DNA of 60,962 nucleotides, the filler included. It is 5 parts of 5 records of this genome, joined end to end, with 100 filler letters (N's around TTAATTAATTAA, not from the genome) between each part and the next. Parts side by side here need not be neighbours in the genome. Positions count along the whole stretch, not along the records: positions 38,503 to 55,466 come from DRR723986_6902; positions 55,567 to 60,962 come from DRR723986_6912; 3 more parts are not named here. One strand, 5' to 3'. The notes below the pieces were generated by a model, which saw nothing but the letters and a program-made list of their open reading frames with translations, did not search any database and was not told where the DNA came from. Both the position numbers and the translations under genes were made by a program. Of the stretch, positions 51,046-60,960 are shown one piece after another (position 1 is the first letter of the stretch; the number at the start of each line of letters is the position of its first letter).

Positions 51046-52025
51046 GGCTGCTCTTTCCGGGTTTTGTAGATCAGATGCAAAAACAGCGGCGCCCCCACAA
51101 GCGCGGTCAAGACGCCCAGTTTCAAATCGCGCTCTGGCACCACAAGGCGCACCGCGATATCAGCCGCCAGCACCATCGCCGCGCCGCCCAGGGCCGAGGC
51201 CGGCAACAACCGCGAGGGCTGTGCCCCCACCAAGGGGCGCAGCAAATGCGGCACCACCAGCCCCACAAAGCCGATCGTGCCCGCCACCGCGGTTGCAGCC
51301 CCCACCACACAGGCCGTGCCCAGCACCAGCATCAGCCGCAAGCGCCCCAGATGCACCCCCATGGTGGCCGCGGCATCCTCGCCCAGCGTCAGCGCGTCCA
51401 GCCCACGGCCCAGCCGCGCCAGCACCAGCCAGCCCAGCAGCGTGAAAGGCAGCGCCAGCCACACATGGGTAAGCGAGCGGTCGGCCAGCGACCCCATCAT
51501 CCAGAAAACGATCTCGTTCACCGCGAATGGGTTTTTCGACAGGTTCAGCACCAGCTGCGTAATCGCCCCGGCCATGGCCGAGATAGCAATACCCGCCAAT
51601 ATCAGCGTTAATGCACCCCCCCTGGGGCCCGCCAGCGCCAAAACCAGCATCACCCCCACCAGGGCCCCGGCCAAAGCCATCAGCGGCAGGCCCAGCATAA
51701 AGGCCGCAGCCAGACCGCTTTGAATGGCAATCACAGCCCCCAGCGCCGCCGAGGCTGACACACCAATCAGCCCAGGTTCGGCCAAAGGGTTGCGCAAATA
51801 GCCCTGCATCGCCGCACCAGCCAGCCCCAGGCTGCCCCCCACAAGCACCGCCAAAATGGCCCGCGGCAGGCGAATTTCGCGCATCACCATCGCCACCGGA
51901 TCCAGCCCGCCACGCAGCAACCCCAGCAAACTGTCTGCCGGGGCAATGCGCGCGGGCCCCACCAAAAGCGACAGGCAAAACAGCCCAAAAACCAGGGTGC
52001 AGAGGGCAAACATAAGCCGCGTCAT
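51042..52025 (-). CDS. btuC: Cobalamin ABC transporter permease (FecCD/BtuC family)
   Basis: IRLPR, QGYLRNPLAEPGLIGVS, LGEDAA, IGFVGLVVPH. Confidence 0.88.
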   Translation of the reverse strand: MTRLMFALCTLVFGLFCLSLLVGPARIAPADSLLGLLRGGLDPVAMVMREIRLPRAILAVLVGGSLGLAGAAMQGYLRNPLAEPGLIGVSASAALGAVIAIQSGLAAAFMLGLPLMALAGALVGVMLVLALAGPRGGALTLILAGIAISAMAGAITQLVLNLSKNPFAVNEIVFWMMGSLADRSLTHVWLALPFTLLGWLVLARLGRGLDALTLGEDAAATMGVHLGRLRLMLVLGTACVVGAATAVAGTIGFVGLVVPHLLRPLVGAQPSRLLPASALGGAAMVLAADIAVRLVVPERDLKLGVLTALVGAPLFLHLIYKTRKEQP

Positions 52026-52861
52026 CGCTGTGCCCCCAGCTGGGCGCGCAGGGCGCGCATATCGGCAATGGCGCGCAACACATAGGGCGTGCCACATACC
52101 CAATCACGGTCGGTCATGGTGCCGCTGGTGTGCTGGCGTTTCAGCTGCGCCACCACCGGGTGCTGCATAATGGCCTCGGCCCGGCTGGCCCCCGGATAGG
52201 GCTGGCCCGTGACCACCACATCGGGGTTGGCCATCGCCAACAGCTCGAGCGGCAGCGCCCCGATGGCGCCCAGCTCTTGCGCGATATTGTCAAACCCGCC
52301 CGCCCGCAGGATTTGCCCCGCAAGCGAGCTGTCGCCCGAGGTATAGCCATTGGCGTAATAAAGCGCCGCACGCGGGCGGGGGCCGGGTGTGGAAATGGCC
52401 GCCAAATCAGCCTCGAAACGTTGCACAAGCGCTTGGGCCTCGGCCACACGCCCCAGGGCCTGGCCCATCTGGCGCACGCGCTGGGGCACATCTTGCAGCG
52501 CATAGGCGGGCGAGAACACCTCGACCGGCACGCCCAGGCGGCGCAGCATATCCAGCGTGGCGCGATCGGTGAAGCGCCCTGCCACCACCAGATCGGGCTG
52601 CAGCATATAGATTTCTTCGGCCAGGCCAGAATTGGCAGGAATATCCGCCGCCTGCGCCGCCATGGTCGAGACACGCGGCACCGCCGCCAGTTTTGTAACC
52701 GAAATCACCTGCCCCGGCGCCGCCAGCATCAAGGCCAACTGATCGGTGCATAAATTCACCGAAACGACACGCTGCGGCGCGCCGGCCAAGGCAGGTGCGC
52801 TGGCCAAGGCAGGGGCCAAAACCAGCGCCGCCACCCCGGATATGAGCCTAGAAAGACGCAC
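52022..52861 (-). CDS. btuF: Cobalamin-binding periplasmic protein
   Basis: PQRVVSVNLCTDQL, PDLVV, WVCGTP. GTG start overlaps the btuB stop; start uncertain. Confidence 0.82.
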   Translation of the reverse strand: MRLSRLISGVAALVLAPALASAPALAGAPQRVVSVNLCTDQLALMLAAPGQVISVTKLAAVPRVSTMAAQAADIPANSGLAEEIYMLQPDLVVAGRFTDRATLDMLRRLGVPVEVFSPAYALQDVPQRVRQMGQALGRVAEAQALVQRFEADLAAISTPGPRPRAALYYANGYTSGDSSLAGQILRAGGFDNIAQELGAIGALPLELLAMANPDVVVTGQPYPGASRAEAIMQHPVVAQLKRQHTSGTMTDRDWVCGTPYVLRAIADMRALRAQLGAQR

Positions 52862-54767
52862 GCAAACCAAAGTAGAAAGCGCGATCCGACGTGCCATAGC
52901 CCGAGATCGTTTGATATTGTTTATCAAACAGGTTCTCGATGCGCAGATAGGCCTCGGCGCTGTCGGTCAGGCGGTGGACCAGGCTAAAGCCATAGACATC
53001 GTAATCGGGCATCATGGTGCCACCATCGGGGCGGTTGCCAATACGCTGCATGGATAGGCGCGCGGTGGTATCGGCACCCAGTTTTGCGCTCAGCGCCAGG
53101 TTCAAATCATGGCGCGGGGTGCGGCGCAACGGGGCGCGGCTGGGGCTGCGGGTGAACAGATAAGTGTAGCTGCCATCCAGCGAGAAAACCGCGCCCAAAG
53201 GCAAGCTGCCCGATAGCTCGTAACCCTTGCGCTGGGTGATACCTGCGATATTTGCATAGGTCGATACGGCACCACCGTTACAAAACGCATTCGTTGCATC
53301 AGGACAGAACTGATAGGTGATGGCATCGTCGGTGTTATTGGCAAAAGCCGTCAGCGAAATATTGGCGCCATTGTCATAGCGATGATCAACACCCAGCTCA
53401 AAACCCTTGCTGGTTTCTGGCCCCAGATCGGGGTTGCCAGCCGTAGGGAACAAGCCCGGATATACGGCAAACAGCTCGTTGCTGGACGGCGGGCGATAGC
53501 CTGTCGAGGCCATGCCGCGCAGCGTTGTTTGCTCGTTCAGCTGGTAGGCCACGGCCAAGCGCCCGGTGTTAAAGCCCCCAAAGCTGCTGTGATGATCGCG
53601 GCGCAAAACCACCGATAGATCCAGCTGCTCGGTCGGGCTGTAGCCCAATTCGGCAAAAACCCCGCCTTGCTGCAAAATGGCATTGCCCCCCGGCAGGGCC
53701 GTGGTTTTTACGCTGTCGCGCGTGCCATCTGCCCCCAAAGACAGGCGCACCGCCTGCGTCAGATCGCGCGAGGCCGTATAGCGCAGGGCGTTGCGCTTTG
53801 CGTCAAACGCCGAGGCAAAGGGCGTGGCAAAACCCGATGTTGTCGGCGACACCAGCGACCGTTTGCTGCCAAAATAGGAATATTGCACGCTGTGATCCCA
53901 GCCCCAGGCCTGACCTTGCGCAAAAAGCCGCGCGCCGGTGCTGACATAGCCGTAGGTTTCATCAGAGGTGCCATCCTGGGGCGCGCTGCCAAATTCATCG
54001 AATGCGCCGCTGCTGATCTGGCGAAACAGATTGCCGCCCAGCACCCAGCCATTGGCCAATGCGTGCTGCACGCCAAATGCGGCGCGGCTGCGCTCGAACC
54101 CATCGGCTTCGGTGTTGCCTGCGTTTTCCTCGGCGCTGGAAAACCCATCAGCTTGGGCTGCGTTCAACGCCAGGCCAAAGGTTGTGGCCCCAACTCGGCG
54201 GGTCATGGCAAAATTGCTGGCGATGGTGCCGAAACTGCCCACCTCAAGCGACACATCATACCTGTCGCCATCGGGTGCCTGGCCCAGCGCCAGCGTATCC
54301 AATGTCAAAACACCCGCAATCGCCGTGCCCCCGTAAAGCGCAGATTGTGCGCCGCGCAGCAATTCGGCGCGCTGCACCATGCCCGCGGTCAGCCCGCCAA
54401 AATCGTTGAATTGCACCTGTGGCGACGAGGCATCGGTGGCATCCACCCCATCAATACGCACCGCCAAATAGCGCTCGGACAACCCGCGCACCGATACCGA
54501 GGCGCTGCTGCCCATGGGGCCGTTTTGCGTAACATTGACGCCGGGCAAATTGGCCAGCGCACCGCTCAACGAGGGGGTGCTGGCCTGCACCAGATCGGCA
54601 CTGTCCAGCGTGCTGACAGATACGCCGCTGCGGGCAATAGGTGCCACGGTAACACCGGCCGATACCGTAATCTCATCCAGCTGGAACGCCTCTTGGGCCG
54701 AAAGCTGGGGGGCGGCAAGCGCGCCCAGGGTGCTGGCGGCGGCGGTTGCGTAAAATACGCGTTTCAT
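52848..54767 (-). CDS. btuB: TonB-dependent cobalamin receptor
   Basis: Signal peptide, TonB box LDEITVSA, plug (LLRGAQSALYG), ENLFDKQY, terminal Phe; directly downstream of the riboswitch. Confidence 0.9.
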   Translation of the reverse strand: MKRVFYATAAASTLGALAAPQLSAQEAFQLDEITVSAGVTVAPIARSGVSVSTLDSADLVQASTPSLSGALANLPGVNVTQNGPMGSSASVSVRGLSERYLAVRIDGVDATDASSPQVQFNDFGGLTAGMVQRAELLRGAQSALYGGTAIAGVLTLDTLALGQAPDGDRYDVSLEVGSFGTIASNFAMTRRVGATTFGLALNAAQADGFSSAEENAGNTEADGFERSRAAFGVQHALANGWVLGGNLFRQISSGAFDEFGSAPQDGTSDETYGYVSTGARLFAQGQAWGWDHSVQYSYFGSKRSLVSPTTSGFATPFASAFDAKRNALRYTASRDLTQAVRLSLGADGTRDSVKTTALPGGNAILQQGGVFAELGYSPTEQLDLSVVLRRDHHSSFGGFNTGRLAVAYQLNEQTTLRGMASTGYRPPSSNELFAVYPGLFPTAGNPDLGPETSKGFELGVDHRYDNGANISLTAFANNTDDAITYQFCPDATNAFCNGGAVSTYANIAGITQRKGYELSGSLPLGAVFSLDGSYTYLFTRSPSRAPLRRTPRHDLNLALSAKLGADTTARLSMQRIGNRPDGGTMMPDYDVYGFSLVHRLTDSAEAYLRIENLFDKQYQTISGYGTSDRAFYFGLRASF

Positions 54768-54908
54768 TCTGGTCTTCCTTCCAAAGGGCGATGCCCTGGC
54801 AATGCAATATGTCGAAGGAAGGGTATGCCTTCCCGTGACGGTGAAACTGTCACCACAACGGAAAGGACCGTTATCCATAGCGCACCCCGCGCCCGGATAG
54901 GGTGATCA

Positions 54909-55106
54909 CTTCGGCAGGTCTCCTGACTTGTGGGTCATCGCTTGGCCGGGCCTTCCCGCAGGTCCCAAAGGGCCTGCAGTGGCATATGCCGACGTCGCTC
55001 GCCACTTACAGTTGCGGGGGCAGTCACGGCATTGGGCGTGGCATGTCATACCGCCACCCGCACCGTTGTTCCCTTTTAACCAGCCGATGAATCGACTGGA
55101 CCGAAG
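54909..55106 (-). promoter_or_regulatory. Cobalamin (AdoCbl-type) riboswitch
   Basis: Minus strand has AAAAGGGAA, CGGTG, ACTGCCCCCGCAACTGTAAG, GCCACTG...GGGAAGG and the B12 box AGTCAGGAGACCTGCC, closed by P1 CTTCGG/CCGAAG. Confidence 0.95.
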
Positions 55107-55207
55107 CAAGCATCGTTCTACGTGATGCGGGCGGTTTTGAAAAGCGCAAAGGCGACCATGGGCCCCTCTGCCCCGACATTGGCCCGTTTCACACCGGGGC
55201 TACAGCC

Positions 55208-55465
55208 CTAATCAGGGCGCACCCGCGCCGCGGTTTTGTTGGCAAAGGCCTCTAGCCGCCCGCGCGAGGCAGGTTGGGTATTGACGATACCCGCCACCAC
55301 CGATTCCGCATAGGCGGCATCCAGCGCCGACATATTTTGCATATGGCTGATGGCGCTGCAGATCGCAAAATTCGACAGCGGTGGGTTGGTGGCAGCGGCG
55401 CGCGCCACTTCCAGCGCCTTGGCCTCGGAATCATCAACCAGATATTGCGCCAGCCCCACCGAAAT
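55208..55465 (-). CDS. Crotonase/enoyl-CoA hydratase family, C-terminal fragment
   Basis: GLAQYLV...[18 protein letters not shown]...ES...RLEAFANK resembles the crotonase C-terminus; cut by the spacer. Confidence 0.65.
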   Translation of the reverse strand: MSVGLAQYLVDDSEAKALEVARAAATNPPLSNFAICSAISHMQNMSALDAAYAESVVAGIVNTQPASRGRLEAFANKTAARVRPD

Positions 55466-55466
55466 T

Positions 55467-55566
55467 NNNNNNNNNNNNNNNNNNNNNNNNNNNNNNNNNN
55501 NNNNNNNNNNTTAATTAATTAANNNNNNNNNNNNNNNNNNNNNNNNNNNNNNNNNNNNNNNNNNNN
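55467..55566. other. Artificial contig spacer
   Basis: N-run with central TTAATTAATTAA. Confidence 0.99.
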
Positions 55567-56184
55567 CTGCGCCAGCGTTATGTCGTAGGCCCTGAGTTTG
55601 TTGGGGTCCACGACCACCTGGTATTGCTTCACCATGCCGCCGATCGTGGCGACTTCCGACACGCCGTCGACGGTCTGAAGTTCGTATTTCAGGAACCAGT
55701 CCTGAAGGGCACGCAGTTGGGCAAGGTCATGGTTGCCGGTGCGGTCTATCAGGGCGTACTGGTAAATCCAGCCGACACCCGTCGCATCGGGGCCAAGCTG
55801 TGGTGAAACATCTTCAGGCAGGTTTGCAGCGATCTGACCGAGGTATTCCAGAACACGGGTTCTGGCCCAGTAAAGATCGGTGCCGTCCTCGAAAACGATG
55901 TAGACGTAGCTGTCGCCAAAGAAGGAAAAACCGCGCACATCACTGGCACCTGGTACGGCAAGCATCGCCGTGGCGATGGGGAATGTGACCTGGTCCTCCA
56001 CCACCTGAGGCGCCTGGCCGGCGTAGGGCGTGCGCACGATGACCTGAACGTCCGAAAGGTCCGGGATTGCATCGACGGGCGTTTCGCGGATTGCCCAGAT
56101 ACCGGCGACGGCGATCATGGCGGCGATTGCCAGCATGATCACGCGGTTGGCGATGGAGGCACGAATGATTGCGGCAATCATCAC
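55567..56184 (-). CDS. cusA: CusA/SilA heavy-metal RND permease (3' partial)
   Basis: [60 protein letters not shown]. Confidence 0.95.
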
Positions 56185-58382
56185 AAACCCTCCTCACGCC
56201 GAACGCCGACCAATGTCATGGAGAAATCCGGATTGCGCTGGAGCAAAAGTGTTACCTCCTGATCCAGTGGCAAATCACCAACGGCAACGGCCTGATCAAC
56301 GGCAAAATCCATGGTCATGCCCGGCATGCCTATCTCTGCCATCGGTCCGTGAGTGATGTTGGCCGTGCCGGCATCCCGATCAAGGGCGTTGATGGTGCCG
56401 CGGACTTCCATCGGCGGGGTGACCGGCTCTGCCTTTGCCAGGACCATCGTCATTCCGTCCGGCCTTGAAAAAGTGAGCGTGGTTTCCGTGCCGACTGGCA
56501 GGGCATCCAGATCCAGGGCCTCGTCCACCGCGAATGCCATGGTCATGCCAGGCATGCCGATTTCGGCAATGGGGCCATGGGTGATTGTAGCCTTCGCGTT
56601 TTCGGTATCGATCGAGTTGATCGTTCCCGACACCACGATGGGTGCGGCTTCGGCTTGCGCGTCGTCGGCAACCTCCTCGGCCTGCTCTGCCGCCGGGCCC
56701 TCGGCAACGCCCGGCAGCCTTACCGCCACGATCGAAAAGAGACCGCCGTCGCCCTTGGCAAGGTCGAATTCGACCGGAACATTCACCGGAACCGACTGCG
56801 GATCGAAGCCCGTGACATCCAGGTCCATTTGCATGGCGGGCCAGCCGAGATCCGGGATCGGACCATGTTCCATCGTCAGTTTGCCGTCGCTTGTAACAGC
56901 AAGAACGGTTCCCGACCCCGTGGCTGCAATGCCGTCGTCTGACCCGAGCTCGATCAACCCCAGAAGGCCATCAGCGCCGCGCGCTGCCTTGAAGGAAACC
57001 TGCTGGCCCTCGCTCAACCGGTCGAGAGGGATGGACGCCGCAACAGGAAATCGTGTTGTCATCGCGGGCCAGTCGAGACTTTCCAGACTGTCGTGGCGGA
57101 TGGTTGCCAACCGGGTTTCGCGGTCGAGCGCGACCAGTTCACCGGTTCCGCGCGCAGGAACCTCGTTCGTCGGCGCCATGCGCATCAAGCCCGCATTGAG
57201 CGCGCTTTCGCTGTCGATCAGGAACTGGGCCGAAGCAACAACCTCTTCACCAGGCTCAAGCCCCTGAACAACCTCCGTGCGCCCGTTTTCTCCAAAATTG
57301 TCACGCAATCCGGTGGTTATCAGCCTTGGTTTGAAAGTGCCTTCGCCGACCTTGATGACAACACGCTCCGCTGTTCCCGTCCGGATGACGGCTTCGGAGG
57401 GAATGGTGACGGCAGTGCGGGTCTCGTTGGGAAACAGCCTGACGTTGCCGAACATGTTCGGCCGCAACAGACCTTCGGCGTTGTCGAACAGGAGCCTGAC
57501 AGGCAGGGTTCGCGTTTTTGGATCCAGTTCCGGGTAAATGTAATCGATCTGACCTTCGAATGTCCGTCCCGGCAGATGTTCGAAGCGGGCGACCGCACGC
57601 ATGTCTTCCGTCAAACGCGCGATGTCGCGCTCGAAGACATCCACAATCAGCCACACCTTGTTGAGATCCGTGATGGACATGGCCTGAGCGCCGGGCTGCA
57701 GGAACATGCCGTCGGCAGCCGCAAGGGCAATAACGACCCCGTCGCGCGGCGCGACCACCTTGATCCTGCGGGCGACCTTGCCGTCTGCCTCGATCTCGGC
57801 AATCTGCTCCTCTGAAGCCCCATGGCTGCGCAGCTTGTTGCGGGCAGCCTCCAGGGACAGACCGTTGCCGTTCGAAAGCGAACGCAGGAAATCGAAGCTG
57901 GCAATGCCGAATTCGGGCGAAAACAGCTCGAACAGCACTTCGCCCTTTTTCACTCGGTCGCCAACGGCGCGAATGTTCAGCGTCTCGATCCAGCCGTCCA
58001 CCCGGGTGTGAACATGACTGGTCAGATGTTCGTCGTATCCGACGAAGCCGACGGTTTCGATTTGCCGGGAGATTTCACCGACACGGGCCAAAGCGGTACG
58101 AACGCCGATGGCATTGACCTCGGCCGCCGACAGGTTGACTTCAGCCGGATCAGCGGAAGGTTCCTGTCCGGCATAAACCGGTATCAGATCCATTCCCATC
58201 GGCGACTTGCCGGGCCCGGGCTGGCGGAAGTTCGGGTCCATGGGGGCGACCCAATAGAGAATTTCTGGTCCCCCCGACGCATTGCCGTCGCCCGGGTTCA
58301 GATAAAGGCGCTCAAGAAACACCCCGCCTGCCACACCTGCGGCAAGGGCGATGATGCTGAGCGCGGTATAACGTCCACGCAT
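56181..58382 (-). CDS. cusB: CusB-type periplasmic adaptor fused to four C-terminal CusF-like domains
   Basis: N-terminal YWVAPMDP...[10 protein letters not shown] metal site, MFP core ending [10 protein letters not shown], then four G-x-V/I/L...H-x7-(W/M)P-x-M repeats. Confidence 0.9.
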   Translation of the reverse strand: MRGRYTALSIIALAAGVAGGVFLERLYLNPGDGNASGGPEILYWVAPMDPNFRQPGPGKSPMGMDLIPVYAGQEPSADPAEVNLSAAEVNAIGVRTALARVGEISRQIETVGFVGYDEHLTSHVHTRVDGWIETLNIRAVGDRVKKGEVLFELFSPEFGIASFDFLRSLSNGNGLSLEAARNKLRSHGASEEQIAEIEADGKVARRIKVVAPRDGVVIALAAADGMFLQPGAQAMSITDLNKVWLIVDVFERDIARLTEDMRAVARFEHLPGRTFEGQIDYIYPELDPKTRTLPVRLLFDNAEGLLRPNMFGNVRLFPNETRTAVTIPSEAVIRTGTAERVVIKVGEGTFKPRLITTGLRDNFGENGRTEVVQGLEPGEEVVASAQFLIDSESALNAGLMRMAPTNEVPARGTGELVALDRETRLATIRHDSLESLDWPAMTTRFPVAASIPLDRLSEGQQVSFKAARGADGLLGLIELGSDDGIAATGSGTVLAVTSDGKLTMEHGPIPDLGWPAMQMDLDVTGFDPQSVPVNVPVEFDLAKGDGGLFSIVAVRLPGVAEGPAAEQAEEVADDAQAEAAPIVVSGTINSIDTENAKATITHGPIAEIGMPGMTMAFAVDEALDLDALPVGTETTLTFSRPDGMTMVLAKAEPVTPPMEVRGTINALDRDAGTANITHGPMAEIGMPGMTMDFAVDQAVAVGDLPLDQEVTLLLQRNPDFSMTLVGVRREEGL

Positions 58383-58468
58383 AGTAACCTCTGAGTTGCC
58401 AGCGGCTGTTTGCCGAAGGCATGTCCATCACTTCTGGCTCCGCGAAAATCTGCGGAGGAACGATGTTT

Positions 58469-58843
58469 TCAGAGGAGGCGGGGAGGTCGTTCGGGAAGGG
58501 TGATGTCCGAGACGTGCAGGGCATCAGGCGGCAACTGCGTGAAGGCGAGGGCCTGGGCAAAACCCAGTGCCATTTCCTGGCTATCGCGAACCGTATCGGC
58601 AGCGCACAACGCACCGCCGCAGCACAGGTCGAATTTCACCTGTCCGTCGTCCGGCATTTCATCGCCCATCATTGCCGAGGCATGACCCATCATCGTTTCA
58701 CACGGCATGCCGGCGTTGGCCGCAACATGTTCTCCAGGAGCCATCATCGCCTGGTGCGCAGGTGCAAACCCGGCAAACAGCAGGGCAATCGCGAACAGGA
58801 TCGTCGCGGCCAGTCTGCTGATGTGATGCACGGATCGGGTCAT
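58469..58843 (-). CDS. Small exported Met/His/Cys-rich metal-binding protein (CopL/DUF2946-like)
   Basis: Signal/TM segment, AMM...GMPCETMMGHASAMM...CCGGALC, C-terminal PERPPR; directly upstream of cusB. Confidence 0.65.
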   Translation of the reverse strand: MTRSVHHISRLAATILFAIALLFAGFAPAHQAMMAPGEHVAANAGMPCETMMGHASAMMGDEMPDDGQVKFDLCCGGALCAADTVRDSQEMALGFAQALAFTQLPPDALHVSDITLPERPPRLL

Positions 58844-59104
58844 GTTGCGCGATATAATCCAGTCCAGCACAAATACAAGTGCCTGATAGGTGCTGTTGAG
58901 CAAGCCTTCGAAGGGCGGTTAATAAATTTCCGTTCTTGATCTGGAACCGTGAAACGCCCGGTTCTGCGATAGTTCATCCGATCACAAGACAACCTGAGAC
59001 CTAAATACGCCTGGCGGGGCCGAAGCAGAAGCGAATATGAGCGTCGGCCCTTCAATTTTTCGTTTGCGACAAGGAGATTAAAGCGGATCTGAACAGGGTC
59101 GCGT

Positions 59105-59818
59105 CTATTCAAGCAATTGGATACCGGCGAAAAGGATAATGAGAATTCCGGCAGTCGCATCGAGCGCTCGGGAAACCACGCTGAGGGTCGCGCCGTTCCT
59201 GAGAGCGACATCGAGAAACAGTCGTTGGCCGAAAACCGCCAATCCTGCCACTGCACAAAGCGTAAAGGCGATGCCGACAAGCATCGATGCCGCGAACATC
59301 AGACCCGCCACCGGTTCGCCTTGCGACAAGGCAGCCACCACGACAAACAATGTCAAAGGACACGGTACGAGACCGGCTGTAAGGGCCACCCAGAAGCCTT
59401 CGGTTCGCTTCCTGCCCGGCCTTGAGCGGATTGCCCGGACAAAGAGCCATGCGCCGATACCGATAAGTGTGACGCGGCTGATCAACTCGAGGGCCGGGGC
59501 CCGGCCACCACCAACAAAGGATCTTTCCACAAGCTGGGAGGCAAAGAAGGCGATCAGAACGGCTGTGAGCACATGTGTTGCCGCCAGAAGTGTCGAGACC
59601 GAAAATGCACGGGCGAAGCTGCTTCTGGCTCCGGCGACATAGCTGGCCAGGATCGTCTTTCCATGCCCGGGCGTCAAAGCGTGGATGGCGCCGAACAGCA
59701 CCCCTGTCCCGATCATGCTCGCAAGAAGCCAGACATCTCCCGACTGGCTGAATTCCAGCAACGAAGCCCGCACGCCGCCATAAATCCAGCGTTGCCAGGA
59801 GATGAGAAGATCCATCAT
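59105..59818 (-). CDS. RcnA/NicO-like nickel-cobalt transporter without a His-rich loop
   Basis: HALTPGHGKT and GLVPCP motifs; start MMDLLISWQ coupled (ATGA) to the MFS stop. Confidence 0.8.
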   Translation of the reverse strand: MMDLLISWQRWIYGGVRASLLEFSQSGDVWLLASMIGTGVLFGAIHALTPGHGKTILASYVAGARSSFARAFSVSTLLAATHVLTAVLIAFFASQLVERSFVGGGRAPALELISRVTLIGIGAWLFVRAIRSRPGRKRTEGFWVALTAGLVPCPLTLFVVVAALSQGEPVAGLMFAASMLVGIAFTLCAVAGLAVFGQRLFLDVALRNGATLSVVSRALDATAGILIILFAGIQLLE

Positions 59819-60960
59819 GGCTGGCGATCCGGCCAGGTGTGGTGAAGGCTGTCGATCACGAACGCATGTGCGTGTCGTTTTCCATGCGCTTTGGCAAGAT
59901 GCGGATGGTTTGCCGGCAGGTCGGGGTGCGCATGGTCGAGAATACTGTGATCGTCTGCAGGCCAGGACTTGCCGGCCACAGCCCAGCCAAGCACAGCCAT
60001 TCCGGCGAGAACGACCATTGTCACAGACATCGAGGAATTTGCTCCAAGCCAGCCGGCAAGCGGATAGGCAATCAGCCAGCAACCGTGCGAAAGAGCAAAT
60101 TGTGCCGCAAAAACTAATGGACGGTCCTGGGGATGGGCGGAATTTTTGAGAAGCCGTCCAGAGGGCACGAGCACCGCCGACATGCCCGCCCCCATGGCAA
60201 ACCAGACCAGCAGCAGGGCTGGCCAAACGAAAGGCACCGGCAGGACCGCCAACAGGCCGGCGAATATCAGCAATGAAACGGGAAGCAGTGCCCCGCCGGC
60301 GAGCATGACGAACCGTTCGGAACGGCTTGCAAGAAGCTTTGGCAGCGTCAACGCGACAACCATAGAGCCTCCGCCATAGGCCGCCATCGACAAGGCCAGG
60401 TCGGTGTCGTCGAGACCAAGGTACGATTTCACGATGACGACACCGTTGACGATCACCATGGCTCCCGAGGCAGCAACCGCGAGATTGAGAGCCAGCAATC
60501 CTCTCAGGCGTGGTGTCTTCAGATAGATCTGCAGGCCCTTGACGGTTCTTCGGAACGCGGGCTCTTCCGCGTCGGCCTGCGGCGAGACGAGCCGAATGGT
60601 CAGGATCAACCCGGCGGAGAACAGGAAGCCGGCAACGGTACCACCGAACAACCAGTGGAAGCCGACAAGGCCAACCAGGACGGCTGCAATCATCGGGCTG
60701 AGAAGGTTTTCAAGATCATACGCCATGCGCGACAGCGACAAGGCACTCGTGTAGTCCTTTTCATCCGGAAGGATATCGGGAATGCTGGCCTGGAAGGCAG
60801 GGGTGAAGGCCGCGGACGCGGTTTGCAACAGGGCGATCAGAACGTAGATCTGCCAAATCTCGTCAACGAAGGGCAGGGCCACCGCGGTCAGAGCCCGGAC
60901 GATATCCAACGTGACGAGAAACATCCGACGCGGAAACCGGCTCGCATAAGCGGCAGCAAT
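59815..60960 (-). CDS. MFS transporter, NreB/NrsD-like nickel-resistance protein (5' partial)
   Basis: SAAFTPAFQA.IPDILP, ALSLSR.AYDLENL.SP, FAAQFALSHGCWL, His-rich tail (HAHPDLPANHPHL...HAHAFVIDSLHHTWP); the frame stays open to the window end. Confidence 0.85.
   Translation of the reverse strand: MAAAYASRFPRRMFLVTLDIVRALTAVALPFVDEIWQIYVLIALLQTASAAFTPAFQASIPDILPDEKDYTSALSLSRMAYDLENLLSPMIAAVLVGLVGFHWLFGGTVAGFLFSAGLILTIRLVSPQADAEEPAFRRTVKGLQIYLKTPRLRGLLALNLAVAASGAMVIVNGVVIVKSYLGLDDTDLALSMAAYGGGSMVVALTLPKLLASRSERFVMLAGGALLPVSLLIFAGLLAVLPVPFVWPALLLVWFAMGAGMSAVLVPSGRLLKNSAHPQDRPLVFAAQFALSHGCWLIAYPLAGWLGANSSMSVTMVVLAGMAVLGWAVAGKSWPADDHSILDHAHPDLPANHPHLAKAHGKRHAHAFVIDSLHHTWPDRQP

Noticed and set aside
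54902-55125. Small ORFs upstream of btuB
   Set aside because: They coincide with the cobalamin riboswitch aptamer
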